DNA of 64,000 nucleotides from Lama guanicoe (taxonomy: Eukaryota), in the NCBI GenBank assembly GCA_013239625.1, contig MU057357.1:8523161-8587160 (forward strand), read 5' to 3'. A model generated the notes under the pieces. The model was not told where the DNA came from. It saw only the letters and a list, made by a program, of their open reading frames with translations, and ran no database searches. A program made the translations under genes and the position numbers. This document shows positions 12,956 to 23,900 of this stretch, one piece after another (the stretch's first letter is position 1; every line of letters begins with the position of its first letter).

Positions 12956-13981
12956 AACAGTTAAAAGAATTGCAGGGGTTTTTTTCCTAAAATTAAATGA
13001 ACTCCATACAATACATATCAGTTATGCATTAATTAGCACTTAAGGTTTTGATTTTAAAGTTTAGAACATAGAACATTATCCTTTAAATTCCTGGTCGTAA
13101 ATATTCCGTAACATGGAGTTCATGTGACAGTAAAAGAAATCGTGGGATCCTCAGTGATGAGAAAATGGGAGAACTTCTCATTTAATACAACCTCTTAATT
13201 TTTCAGGGTCCAAAGTCGCCTGAAGACTTGTAAGGCGCGGAACCTACCCACCCCATCCCATCCCCCGCTAAGGTAGAGGGGTTAGAATAGGAAAATAGCT
13301 CCCACACATCTTCAGGATGTGAGCAGATTCCTCTGGATGGGTGATGAATCTGGTCAGATGTGGGAATTCCGAGGTTTGGTATCTTTTGAATCTGATTTGA
13401 TGTCAAGCAAAACAACTGGGTGAAATACTGGGGGTGTGCCCCAGACCCACCTCCTTCCCTTGCTCACCATCATCAAAGTCAGCAGATGTCTATTAATAAG
13501 CACGTATGCCTGATGCTGCGCCGGGCTCTGTGCAGAGGGAATGCAAGATTCCCTGACCTCTGGGAGTGGACAAGCTCAGGCAAAGCCTTGCTGAGCCACT
13601 TCCAGGCAGCCCCAGGGAGGAATAGAGGGTGGATGGGGAGAGGAGGAGACAGGGGAGGGCCCAGGAGCCCAATCCAGAGGGGAGACCGAGAGCAAGGACT
13701 GTACCTAATAAGATCAGCCTGTGCTGCAGTCTTATAGGCTGCTTAGGGGTGGGGATGAATTAGCAAATCCATGAATTAAAGACCTGTTTACACTTTTCTT
13801 TTAATGCTTCTCATTTGCTGGACAAAGTATCGCTTTGTGTTCCATCCAATGTATTCCAAGCTGACTCTCCAGGGAGAAATCTATCAAATCCAAAAACTGC
13901 TTCATTTATTCATAGGCAATAACAGTGCCCCAATAAGGCTGAACCTTTTGAAAGCAGTTAGCTTTCAAAATGGTTGTTTAA

Positions 13982-14022
13982 ACACACAAACAAACACACG
14001 CACACATACACACACACACACA
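13982..14022. repeat. Imperfect (CA)n microsatellite
   Basis: acacacaaacaaacacacgcacacatacacacacacaca. Confidence 0.9.
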
Positions 14023-15505
14023 ACACCTCCCTGGATTTACAAATTGTGCTTCTTGCTATAGACCATGTCGCTGATCTCCAGGGCTATATATGTAGGTCCA
14101 GGGTGAGGAAACCAAACATAAATGTAACTCCTTGTAAGGTGACCTGGGGGCCTTCCTGTAGGAGGTGTGGTTTGTCAGGAGCTAATTAAAAGTCCTAAGC
14201 TTTTCCTTGTTTGTGAATACAATTATGAAACTAAGTACTCAGAAAATGTAGGCATTCTTCTGGGAAGAGAAAAGTGACTTTCTGGTGTCTTACAGTCATT
14301 ATACTGGGAAGAGCCTGAGAATTCTGTTTTCCTCACCCGTTGTCATTCTTTCCATCTACACATTTTTAGATCAATTCTTAGAATCTCTAACACATGGCAT
14401 TTATTTTCTCTTCTCCATTCAGGGTGGGGTGTGTTCATGGCTCTTCCCCAAGCTTCTCATCCCCCCTTCCTTAGCCTCTGTAGGGCCCAAAGGGGCCCAG
14501 AGTTTCCCCAGTTTTCCCTTTGACAAAATGTTATCCTGGAGCTCAGAAACCAGAAATTAAGCTAAATGAAACCCCTAACCTGTCCCTGGAGAAGGATGGG
14601 CTGCTGTGAGCCCAGAGGTTGCCTGCTCTGCTCCCCCAACTCTCCCCTCCCCCACTCCAAGCCCAGGCTCCTTCCACCCCGGGGGATGGAGATGGGCCCC
14701 CAGCCTCCCTCCGGTCACCCGCCTGGAGAAGCTAAAACAAACAGTCCTTTGGAAACTCAGTGAAAGAAAACGGCTGAGTCAGGCCTTCTGTTTAAATAGT
14801 CCCCACCTGTTCTCCCAGCCCTGGCCTCCCCCACTCCCACCCTGGGCTCCCCCACTTCCCTTTCTCTTTTCTTTCTTTTCCCCTTTGTTGCTCATTTTCA
14901 AAAGGGCAGAGTTGACAGCTCTCGCCTTGAGCAAAGCCAACCCCGGGAGCCAGCCAGGAGCCGCCTCGTGCTGCTGACCCAGCGCTGTTCCCTGTGGCTC
15001 CCCTTCCACAGCCTGCACGTGGCTGGGTCTGGTCATCGGGGAGGGGGAGAGAAAGCGGGGCTGTAGTCCCCAAGAAAGAGAGACCCAGCCAAGGACCCAT
15101 CCCAGGCACCCTCTGCCCCATGGGATTCCTGAAGCCTGTGGAAGGAAATGAGAGAGGGTGTGAGAGAGGACAAAGGAAGACAAGCAGACCTCACTGAGGG
15201 ATGTGCCCCTTTGTCATCTGGAATCCTCAGGAGCCCTATGCACTCGATGCTGTTTTTTCAAAATAACTCCTTGGCATTGAAAGAAGTGCAATAGTTGCCC
15301 ATATTCAGAACTGAGGAAATGTCCCCTAAGTGGTACAAGCTGAGTTAGAGACAAGCCCTAAACCCACTAATTGCCCTCAGAGCACGTGTGCAGTTTTCTA
15401 GAACTCCCCTGTACCACCTGGGAAGGCGATGACCTCTCCAAGTCCATCGCTGGCTCTGAAAGTCAAAAGCCTCTTCTTCAAAGTTTCTTACAACTGCATG
15501 TGAAT

Positions 15506-16285
15506 CTACAGTTTTGAGAAAATCAGAGGTTCACGTGCAGTTGTAAAAAACAACACAGAGCGATCCCCTGTATCTTTTACTCAAGTCCCCCAGGGTAACA
15601 GCTTGTAAAATGATAGCACAATATCACAACTAGGATACTGCTATTTATACAGTCATACATTTATACAGAACATCCCCAGCACCCCATGGGTCTCTCATCT
15701 TGCCCTTTTAGAACCATATCCCCCTACTCAGATCCTACTACTTCCTTAACCCTTAGCAACCACCAATTTGCTCTCCATTTCTAAATTTGTTATCTCAAGA
15801 TTGCTATATAATGAAGTCATACAGTAGGAAAACTTTTGCAATTGCTTTTTCACATTCTGCATAATCCTCTAGAGGTTGATCCAAGCAGTTGTGTGTATCA
15901 AATGTGCATTCCTCTTTCTTGCTGAGTGGTTTTCCATCATATAAATGGATCACAATTTGCTTAACCATTCATGTGTTGAAGGACGTCTGGGTTGTTCCCA
16001 GTTTTTTTTTTTCATTTATTTATTATTGTTTTTTTTTTTTAATTTTTCTAGGGGAGGTGTAATTAGATTTGTTTATTTTTAGAGGAGGTACTGGGGATTG
16101 AACCCAGGACCTCGTGCATGCGAAGCCCACGCTCTACCACTTGAGCTACACCCTCCCCCCTGTTCCCAGTTTTTGCCTATTACAAAGAAAGTTGCTATAA
16201 ACATTCATTTTTGTGTGACTACAAGCCTTCATTTCTCTGGAGGAGATGCCAATTGCTGGGTCCTATGATATTGCATGCTTAGCAG
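15506..16285 (-). mobile_element. L1MC-type 3' fragment split by a vic-1 SINE
   Basis: 'cacgtgcagttgtaaaaaacaacacagagcgatccc', 'gcacaatatcacaactaggatactg', 'cccttagcaaccaccaatttgctctccattt'. Confidence 0.85.
16007..16160 (-). mobile_element. Camelid tRNA-Ala-derived SINE (vic-1 type)
   Basis: Reverse complement reads ggggggagggtgtagctcaagtggtagagcg..gcacgaggtcctgggttcaatccccagtacctcctctaaaaataaac..taattacacctcccc + polyA; perfect 14-bp TSD tgttcccagttttt (15993-16006, 16161-16174). Confidence 0.95.
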
Positions 16286-16484
16286 TACACCTTTTAAAAT
16301 TCTTCTCTAAAACTATTCCTGATGCATTTCTAGGAGTGTTCTGGGCTGGAAAGTGAGCAGAAGTAGAAGCTGGAAGTAGAAGGAGAGCGTCTTTGAGACA
16401 TCAGTTCATGGAGCTGAGATGCTACCAAAACACACAGCCTGTGCCTGCACGGGATGGTGAAAGTGGACCAGGAGAAAAACCAAG

Positions 16485-16924
16485 TATGGAAGGCAGAACA
16501 ATGGCCCCCAAAGATGCCCCTGCCCTAGTCCCCAGGCCCCTTGAGTTACATAGCAAAGAAGAATGAACGTTGCAGATGGAAGTAACGTTGCTCATCAGCA
16601 GATTCCAGATGGAAGAGTGCCCTGGATGATGCAAGCGGGGCCAGTGTTCTCACAGGTTCCTTAAAGCAGAAGAGGAGACTCAGAGAATGATATGGCTAAA
16701 GAAGTGCCTTCAGAAGATTCAACGTTGCTGATTTTGAAGATGGGGAAGGCAACCATGAGCCAAGGAACGTGATGGCTCTAGAGAGAAAAGCAGTCCTGAT
16801 TTTTCAGGCCAATGACTCTTGTGTCAGATCTCTGATTGCAGAACTAGAAGATAATAAATTCATGGTTTTTTAAGCCACCAAGTTTGTGGTAACTTATTAC
16901 AGCAGCAAATGGAAAGCTAATACG
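16485..16924 (+). mobile_element. MaLR solo LTR (MLT1D-like)
   Basis: 'ggcagaacaatggcccccaaagatg', 'ttgctgattttgaagatgg..ccatgagccaaggaa', 'tttaagccaccaagtttgtggtaacttattacagcagcaa..ctaatac'. Confidence 0.88.
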
Positions 16925-18412
16925 TCAAGTGACCTCTCCATGGGTTTCAGCTTTCAGAGTTCACCACCTCTGCTACTGAACAGAGCTTGTCTTATGAGGG
17001 GGGAGAAGAAAGAACAGGGGCCTTCTCTCACGCTCAGTTCAAGACCCCTGGTCTCTCCATGTGTATCTACACACTTTCTGACTGTCCTTCCCCTTCCCAC
17101 ACCAGACATATCTGCTGTTCCTTTCCCCTGGACCACCCCCTACCTCCTCCCAGCCTCTCTAGGCTTTATCCCATTCCTCTCCCAACATCTAAGGACTCTG
17201 AGAGCCTCCATCCAGCAAACTCAAACCTCAGCCCAGTCTGACCCATGAAAAAGACTTAAAGAAGTTTTGGGATTTGGAACTTGTCCATCCACTAGGATCT
17301 AGCACTTAATTAATACAAGCCCATGGGCCTTGCCGATCTTACAGCCAGATACGACTCTGCAAAATCAGGCATTTGGTGTTTCATCAGCTTATTAATGAGC
17401 TGGGCTTTCCCCCGCCCCCCGATAATGACCCTAGAAAGCAATGAGCCCAGAGTGTGGATAAAGGAGATCCAGAGAAATAGCATCAAAACAACCCTTTCAT
17501 GAGGACACAAAATTGAAGTGACAGTTCCCTAAATGAGCAGTGCTTAAGTGAGGAGTGAATCAGAATCACCCAGAGAAATTTTTTTGACTTACACATACAT
17601 TCCACCCTAACCATCTGCAAGCACACACAGTAGAGATTTTTCTCTACCTCACCAGAATTATCCTGATTTTACGAGGACCTAGCCTTGAGAGCTTAATCTG
17701 TGAGGGCATCAATACAAACCTAAACAATATGCAGATACATACCTACAAACCACCCCAAAACACACAAATACACACACTCACACACACACACATTTATAAT
17801 TTGATCCACTATTTTACCATCTAGTTAAGCTTTGGCATGAAGCCAAAACTAAGAAGCTGGTCTGAGCAAGAAGATTTCTCTAATTAGTGGTCTCCCCCCA
17901 GCTAAGCCCTCTCACTGGAATGTGGCATTCTTCATCCTAGCCTGTTTCCCCATTTTATACATAGGGATGGACAATAGAAGTTAGGAGAAAAAAAAAAAAG
18001 GAATGGATGAATTGTCACAGCCCCAGAAATTTCCAGAGATACCAAAGAAAATATCATACTGACAACAAGACCTCTGGAACACCAAGAATACCTCACTCAT
18101 TCATTTTACAAATATCTGTCCATCAAAGACATATGAAGTGTCATCCCAGTTCAGACAAAAGGTGCATGAGCCCAGTGCCACAAGCTCTCTGACCATATGC
18201 TGGAGCCAGCCATCATAGGCTGGGACAGTGGCACTTGACCAGTATCCCCCTGACCTTCACGAGTAAGGCACCACATCTGAATAAGTGCAATACTTGTTTT
18301 AGCTGCACTTGAGTATACACACTGGTAGGGCAGTGATGGTCACATGGTTCTTTGAGCTGACTCTGTTGTGTAACTCCATTTAGCAGGTACGGTTTGCCGT
18401 GTGTAAGGGGAT

Positions 18413-18808
18413 TGTCTTAATCTGCTTATGCTGTCATAACAGAAAATCATAGACTGGGCAGCTTAAAGAACACACGTGTATTTTCCCACAGTTCTACAAT
18501 CTGGAAGTTCAAGGTCCCCGTATGGTCGAGTTCTGGTGAGAACCTTCTTTCTGGCTTGCAGATGGCTGCCTTCTCATTAAGTGCTCACATAGCCTTTCCT
18601 TGGTGCCTGCACATGGGGANNNNNNNNNNNNNNNNNNNNNNNNNNNNNNNNNNNNNNNNNNNNNNNNNNNNNNNNNNNNNNNNNNNNNNNNNNNNNNNNN
18701 NNNNNNNNNNNNNNNNNNNNNNNNNNNNNNNNNNNNNNNNNNNNNNNNNNNNNNNNNNNNNNNNNNNNNNNNNNNNNNNNNNNNNNNNNNNNCACTTAGC
18801 CCGTAACA
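18413..18808 (-). mobile_element. MaLR solo LTR (MLT1A-like), partly N-masked
   Basis: 'tgtcttaatctgct..ataacagaaaatcatagactgggcagctta', 'ttctggtgagaaccttctttctggcttgcagatggctgccttctc'; ends 'cccgtaaca'. Confidence 0.88.
18620..18792. other. N-run (173 nt)
   Basis: Ns inside the MLT1A-like LTR. Confidence 1.
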
Positions 18809-19081
18809 GGGACAGAGTTAAGTTCTGAGGAAGGAGTGTATGTTCAGTGGAACATGTAAGAACACACTGGAGAGAATGTAACAGAGTGTCAGGGTAAAAA
18901 AGAATTCTACTCATAAGGACCACAGCATTGAGAAGAACACAAGCCATTTATGAGAAGACTGGATGCTTTTACAGACACTGAAAGATATTATTATACTCCT
19001 GTTGGTGACTGCATTGAAGTCATTCATGGTTCACTAAGTGCTATCTTGAGATCTTTAATCACATCAAGTGCAAAAAGGCTG

Positions 19082-19800
19082 CTCAAAAATGTTCTTCTAG
19101 GACAGTCTACCCAAGCAATAGAAACAAAATCAAGAATAAACAAATGGGACCTAATTAAACTTACAAGCTTCTGCACAGCAAAAGAAACCATAAGTAAAAC
19201 AAAATGACAGCCTACGGATTGGGAGAAAATTTTTGCAAATGAAACCGACAAAGGCTTGATCTCCAGAATATATAAGCAGCTCATAAGACTTAATAAGAAA
19301 AAAACAAACAGCCCAATCCAAAAATTGGCAAAAGACCTAAACAAGCAATTTTCCAAGGAAGAAATACAAATGATCAATAGGCACATGAAAAAATGCTCAG
19401 TATCACTAATTATCAGAGAAATGCAAATCAAAACTACAATTAGGTATCACCTCACACCGGTCAAAATGGCCATCATNNNNNNNNNNNNNNNNNNNNNNNN
19501 NNNNNNNNNNNNNNNNNNNNNNNNNNNNNNNNNNNNNNNNNNNNNNNNNNNNNNNNNNNNNNNNNNNNNNNNNNNNNNNNNNNNNNNNNNNNNNNNNNNN
19601 NNNNNNNNNNNNNNNNNNNNNNNNNNNNNNNNNNNNNNNNNNNNNNNNNNNNCAGAAGGAACCTTACTTCAAAAAGACACTTACACCCCATTGTTCATAG
19701 CAGCACTATTTACAATAGCCAAGACATGGAAACAGTCTAAATGTCCATCAACATGGAACATGTCTTTATCCAGATGACTGGATAAAGAAGAAGTGGTATA
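19082..19800 (+). pseudogene. L1 ORF2 C-terminal remnant (non-functional)
   Basis: '[19 protein letters not shown]', '[23 protein letters not shown]', 'FIAALFTIAKTWKQ.KCPST' are L1 ORF2 motifs; in-frame TGA at 19205-19207 (likely CGA>TGA) and a 19-bp frameshifting insertion at about 19754-19772. Confidence 0.93.
19477..19652. other. N-run (176 nt)
   Basis: Ns inside L1 ORF2. Confidence 1.
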
Positions 19801-20947
19801 TTTATACAATGGAATACTATTCAGCCATAAAAACTGACAACATAATGCCATTTGCAGCAACATGGATGGTCTTGAAGAATGTCATTCTAAGTGAAGTAAG
19901 CCAGATAGAGAAAGATAAATACCATATGAGATAACTCATATGTGGAATCTAAAAAAACCAAAACATAAATACAAAACAGAAACAGACTCATAGACATAGA
20001 ATACAAACTTGTGGTTGCCAAGGGGGCAGAGGGTGGGAAGGGACAGACTGGGATTTCAAAATGCAGAACAGATAAACAAGGTTATACCATATACCACAGG
20101 GAAATATATACAAGATCTTATGGTAGCTCACAGTGAAAAAAAATGTGACAATGAATATATATGTATGTTCATGAATAACTGAAAAATTGTGCTCTACACT
20201 GGAATTTGACACAACATTGTAAAATGATTATAACTCAATAAAAAAATGTTAAAAAATAAAATAAAATTTTTTACAAAGTGCAAAAAGGCTGGAAGCCACC
20301 AATTTAGGGACAAACTCCTACTCTACTAACTTTATGTAGACTTTTCTGTGACCTACCTGGACCAGCTTTGGAAGATAATCATCTCCATAGAAGGTATTAA
20401 TGACTCTGTAAAGTGTGTGTCCTTTTAAATTCTTTTATAAAATTACCTACTCCTTGCTTCTAGGGATGTTCCCTTCTTCTCATAGGGAAGTGTTGAAAAT
20501 TATATCCATGTTTGTCTCATTCCAATGCTGGATTGCTTCATAAACATGCACCATGTATATAACTCCTCAGCCTCCACATTTTCAGCGTGAAGAATCCTCT
20601 GTAAAAGCAACCAGCATGTCTTCCATAAGCTGGATCATTGGGTGAGTCTCTTGATTGTTTTTACTTGAGACCCAGCCAGTAGCATGTTTTGGCACCACTG
20701 TTTGTATGCTGAGGGCAGGGCCATGACTTCTGGTTTCAATATCCTTCTTGACAGAGCTCAGCATCGTGTTGGCTTTCCTTCTGCCACACCTACTGGCCGT
20801 GTCTTCGGGAAACAGTCTGCAAAGACTCTTAGTTTCTGTTTTTAGGGCTGTAAAATTCCAATAAAAGTTAAAGAAGTCCTGCCTGACCCTAAAAAGTCAC
20901 GGCAAAGAATTTCCCACCTCTCAAATATGTGTAGTGAATTTAACAGA

Positions 20948-21250
20948 TTTTTTTTATTACAAAAGCAATACATGTTCACTGTCACAATCTGCAAAATAGA
21001 GAAAAAGCACAAAAGAAAGTAAAACTATTGTGTGTATCTGCATATAAATATTTTAACATATGAAGATCATACCATCTCTAACCTGCTTTTTGATATATCA
21101 ATAAGACATGAACATTTCATCCTGTCAATTATGTACATCACTGCCAACATAATTTTTAATGGTAGTTGGCATACTACATCCTATGTATCATGATTTATTA
21201 AACCTATACTTCATTGTTGGCTATTTTGTCCATTTCTAAGTTTTCACTAA
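20948..21250 (-). mobile_element. Ancient L1M 3' UTR fragment
   Basis: 'ttattacaaaagcaatacatgttcactgt', 'tttttaatggt..tatgtatcatgatttattaaacc..ttgttgg'. Confidence 0.6.
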
Positions 21251-21511
21251 ACTGTCCTCTTAAAAGGGTTGCATATTGATCCTCATCTATAATTCATTAC
21301 AAAGGAAAAGGTTATCAAACATAATGTGATCCTTAAGCATGCTAATTTCATGATTGTGGACAAGTAGCTAATTGACTTCCGTTTAAGCCAATAACTGTGA
21401 TAGGTGCAAGGAGAAAAATCAAAGGAAGCTAGAGAGACTCAAATGAAAGCCTGAAGATGGTGTTGCTCCAATGGATTTGGAGAAGTAAATGTAAGTACAT
21501 CAACCAACTAA

Positions 21512-21615
21512 ATGATTATTCATCAAATCTAAAGTGCATTCATTGTAAGATGCACCATTTCATTTGGGTGCCACTAAGGAAAGAAAAGAAGCCGCCAAAG
21601 CCATCATTTGTAACC
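21512..21615. mobile_element. TcMar-Tigger DNA transposon fragment (MER46C-like)
   Basis: 'ttcatcaaatctaa..attgtaagatgcaccatt..gccactaaggaaagaaaa' resembles a recalled Tigger-family terminus. Confidence 0.45.
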
Positions 21616-22794
21616 AGCATTCAGCTAGTTCTGTAGACCAAAGGCTCAGGGAAGAAAGCCTTACCAAAGAGACGCTGGGCAGGAATCAGATCTGGGTTGG
21701 CAGGACTAATTGGGTGGCCAAGTGTAACGCAGTTTCACCCTAAAAGCGAGGTCTACGTTAGAACATGAGCCTCCAGATTTAACACACTACACTTTAATCA
21801 TCACCTATTCACAGATTCCTGACTTCACCAGGTTGTTTTACCCTTCTGTACCTTTTCAAGAACAGTTCTCTCTGCCTGAAACACCCCTATTCGTCCAGAA
21901 AATGCGACTCAAGCCTCACTTCCTTGGGGACCTCCCCTGACTTCCCCTAGGCGGAGATGGAGCCACCAGCACCAAAGAAGGGGATCACTCTCCTTGGACC
22001 CACCACTGACTTCACATACCAGCTCCTGGCCCTCCCAGAGAGCCAAAAAGCTGGGCAAACGTAGAACCCACAAAAAGGTGCCTGGACACCAGGATCTTGT
22101 CTGATTGTCAGGACAGCTTCTCACAGCCTGGCGGCCATAACCTGCAGCACTGTAACTCTTAGCTGTTTGAAGACACTCCAAGGATTTCATGAGGCAGGCA
22201 GAGCCCCAACTCTGCGATGAGTTCTACTGACATTTTACTACACAGTTAACTTTACCTATGCAATGAAACCACAGAACTGGGGAGAGCGGTAGTCCCCTGC
22301 ATTCTGCCAGTTTCCCCTCCCATCAAAGCAGTAAAAAGCCTCAACTTTCAGAGCACAGGCTGCCGAGTCTTGGCCTGTCCTCCAAGCTATGCTTGTAGAC
22401 CCTCTGTCCTCACCTCTGCATCCCACAGCTTACTTCTCATCTCCAAGGCTCACTCACTAAAGTTCAAATCGCTCAGTTTGTTTTTTTCACAAAAAGCAAG
22501 CCCTGCCTTAGGAATAAACTGTGCACAAAGCTTGGGCCTGCAGACAGCTCTCCCACTAATCCCAGAGTTAAGATCTCAGACTCCCAGTGTACTCAGCTGC
22601 CAGGCTGGCAGGATCATTTCAAATTCCTTTTGGCGGGAAAGGGAAGTTTCTATTTGGAGACTTGGCTAGAAGCAGATCAGTTGCATTCCTCAGGACCTGC
22701 AGCAATTTAGGAACTACGCTGTTTAACTATTTTATGCCCACTCCCTTGTGGCCAGCAGTAGTCCTAGGCACACCATGTTTTAATGAAGAATTTG

Positions 22795-22906
22795 CCTAGG
22801 AGTTTCTGGAGGCCGGGAGCCATGTCTTTATTGTTTTCGAATGCATGGTGCCTGCAGCTCTCAACAGGTATTTGTTTAAATGAACGAATGCATGAATGAA
22901 TAAACA
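22795..22906 (+). mobile_element. L2 3' terminus
   Basis: 'gagccatgtctttatt..ctcaacaggtatttgtttaaatgaacgaatgcatgaatgaataaa'. Confidence 0.7.
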
Positions 22907-23464
22907 ATCACTGAGGTTGATTCAGATTGGGTATAATTTACCATCTCTTAAAGAGTTCTGGGCACTGAAGGCTGAGTTAATCATGTCATACCCTCCTCCG
23001 CTGTGTACCATCCTCCTGTGACTACCTCTCCTTGCAAGCTGCTTCTCTCTGTCCATTGGTTTCTTTCTCTGTTCCTTTTTCTCACTGTTCCCCATTCCCA
23101 GACTCTCTCCAGCCCCCAACCAAGCACACGAGGGTTAAATAAACAAACCACCTACCCACATAAAGTTTGTTCCAAAGATGGCTTCATATGCTAGTAAAGT
23201 CACTTGGCAAAGTTAAACAGCTGAAGAGAGATTGTGCAGACAGTGCAAGAATGCAGGAAATAAAACAAGACAGAAGGCAAAGACCTCCAGGTTGAAGTCT
23301 TTGGAGGACAGCCCAGCCTTGGCTGCCCCACCACTTCATTTCCTGGGGCAGCAACCCCTAAAGTTATCTGGAGCTCACATTAAGGAGTCTTCTCTTTTGG
23401 GGTACCAGTGATCTTTCTCCATGCCATTCCCATAGTCTTCCTTCTTCTCATCAGACAGCATTCC

Positions 23465-23475
23465 ATGACTCAGCA
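23465..23475 (+). promoter_or_regulatory. Consensus ARE/MARE-type site (NRF2/BACH1-sMAF)
   Basis: Exact ATGACTCAGCA; motif match only, function untested. Confidence 0.4.
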
Positions 23476-23540
23476 ATCTAGGATTTTCATCTCTGAGGGT
23501 GGACTTTTGTCTGTGTCTACCAAGTGCCAATCACCAGAGC

Positions 23541-23900
23541 TATCAGTCAGGATGGACAGGCAGATTATGCTCTGTAACAACCCCCAAACCTCAGAGGCTT
23601 AAAACAACACAGACTTGTTTTATGCCACATGTGCATTGCAGATCTGCTGCAGGACTTCACCTCTCCTCCCTCCAGGATCCAGTCTGAGATGATCCAGGTC
23701 ACCATCATCTCAAACATTATCAGTATCAGTGACAGAGGGTGAAGGGGAAAGAGCATTGTGAATATCATTCCCACAGTAGCTTTTAAAGCTTCTAACAGGA
23801 AGTGAGACTCATCACTTCCAGTCACATTCAGCTGGCCAAACCGAGTCATGGGCCATGTCTGGATCCAAGTGGGCAGGGAAGGATAACTCTACCCCAAACA
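23541..23900 (-). mobile_element. Old MaLR LTR (MLT1I/J/K-like)
   Basis: 'ttatgctctgtaacaacccccaaacctcagaggcttaaaacaac', 'ggaagtgagactcatcacttcc..cacattc..tggccaaa..agtcatgggcca'. Confidence 0.8.

Larger units (their letters stand above)
19082..20275 (+). mobile_element. Young 5'-truncated camelid-type L1 (ORF2 end + 3' UTR)
   Basis: ORF2-like translation, L1 3' UTR, AATAAA plus A-rich tail, perfect 16-bp TSD aagtgcaaaaaggctg (19066-19081, 20276-20291). Confidence 0.97.

Noticed and set aside
18556-18947. ORFs containing long X runs (also at 47595-48274 and 59573-59853)
   Set aside because: Artefacts of translating N-runs.
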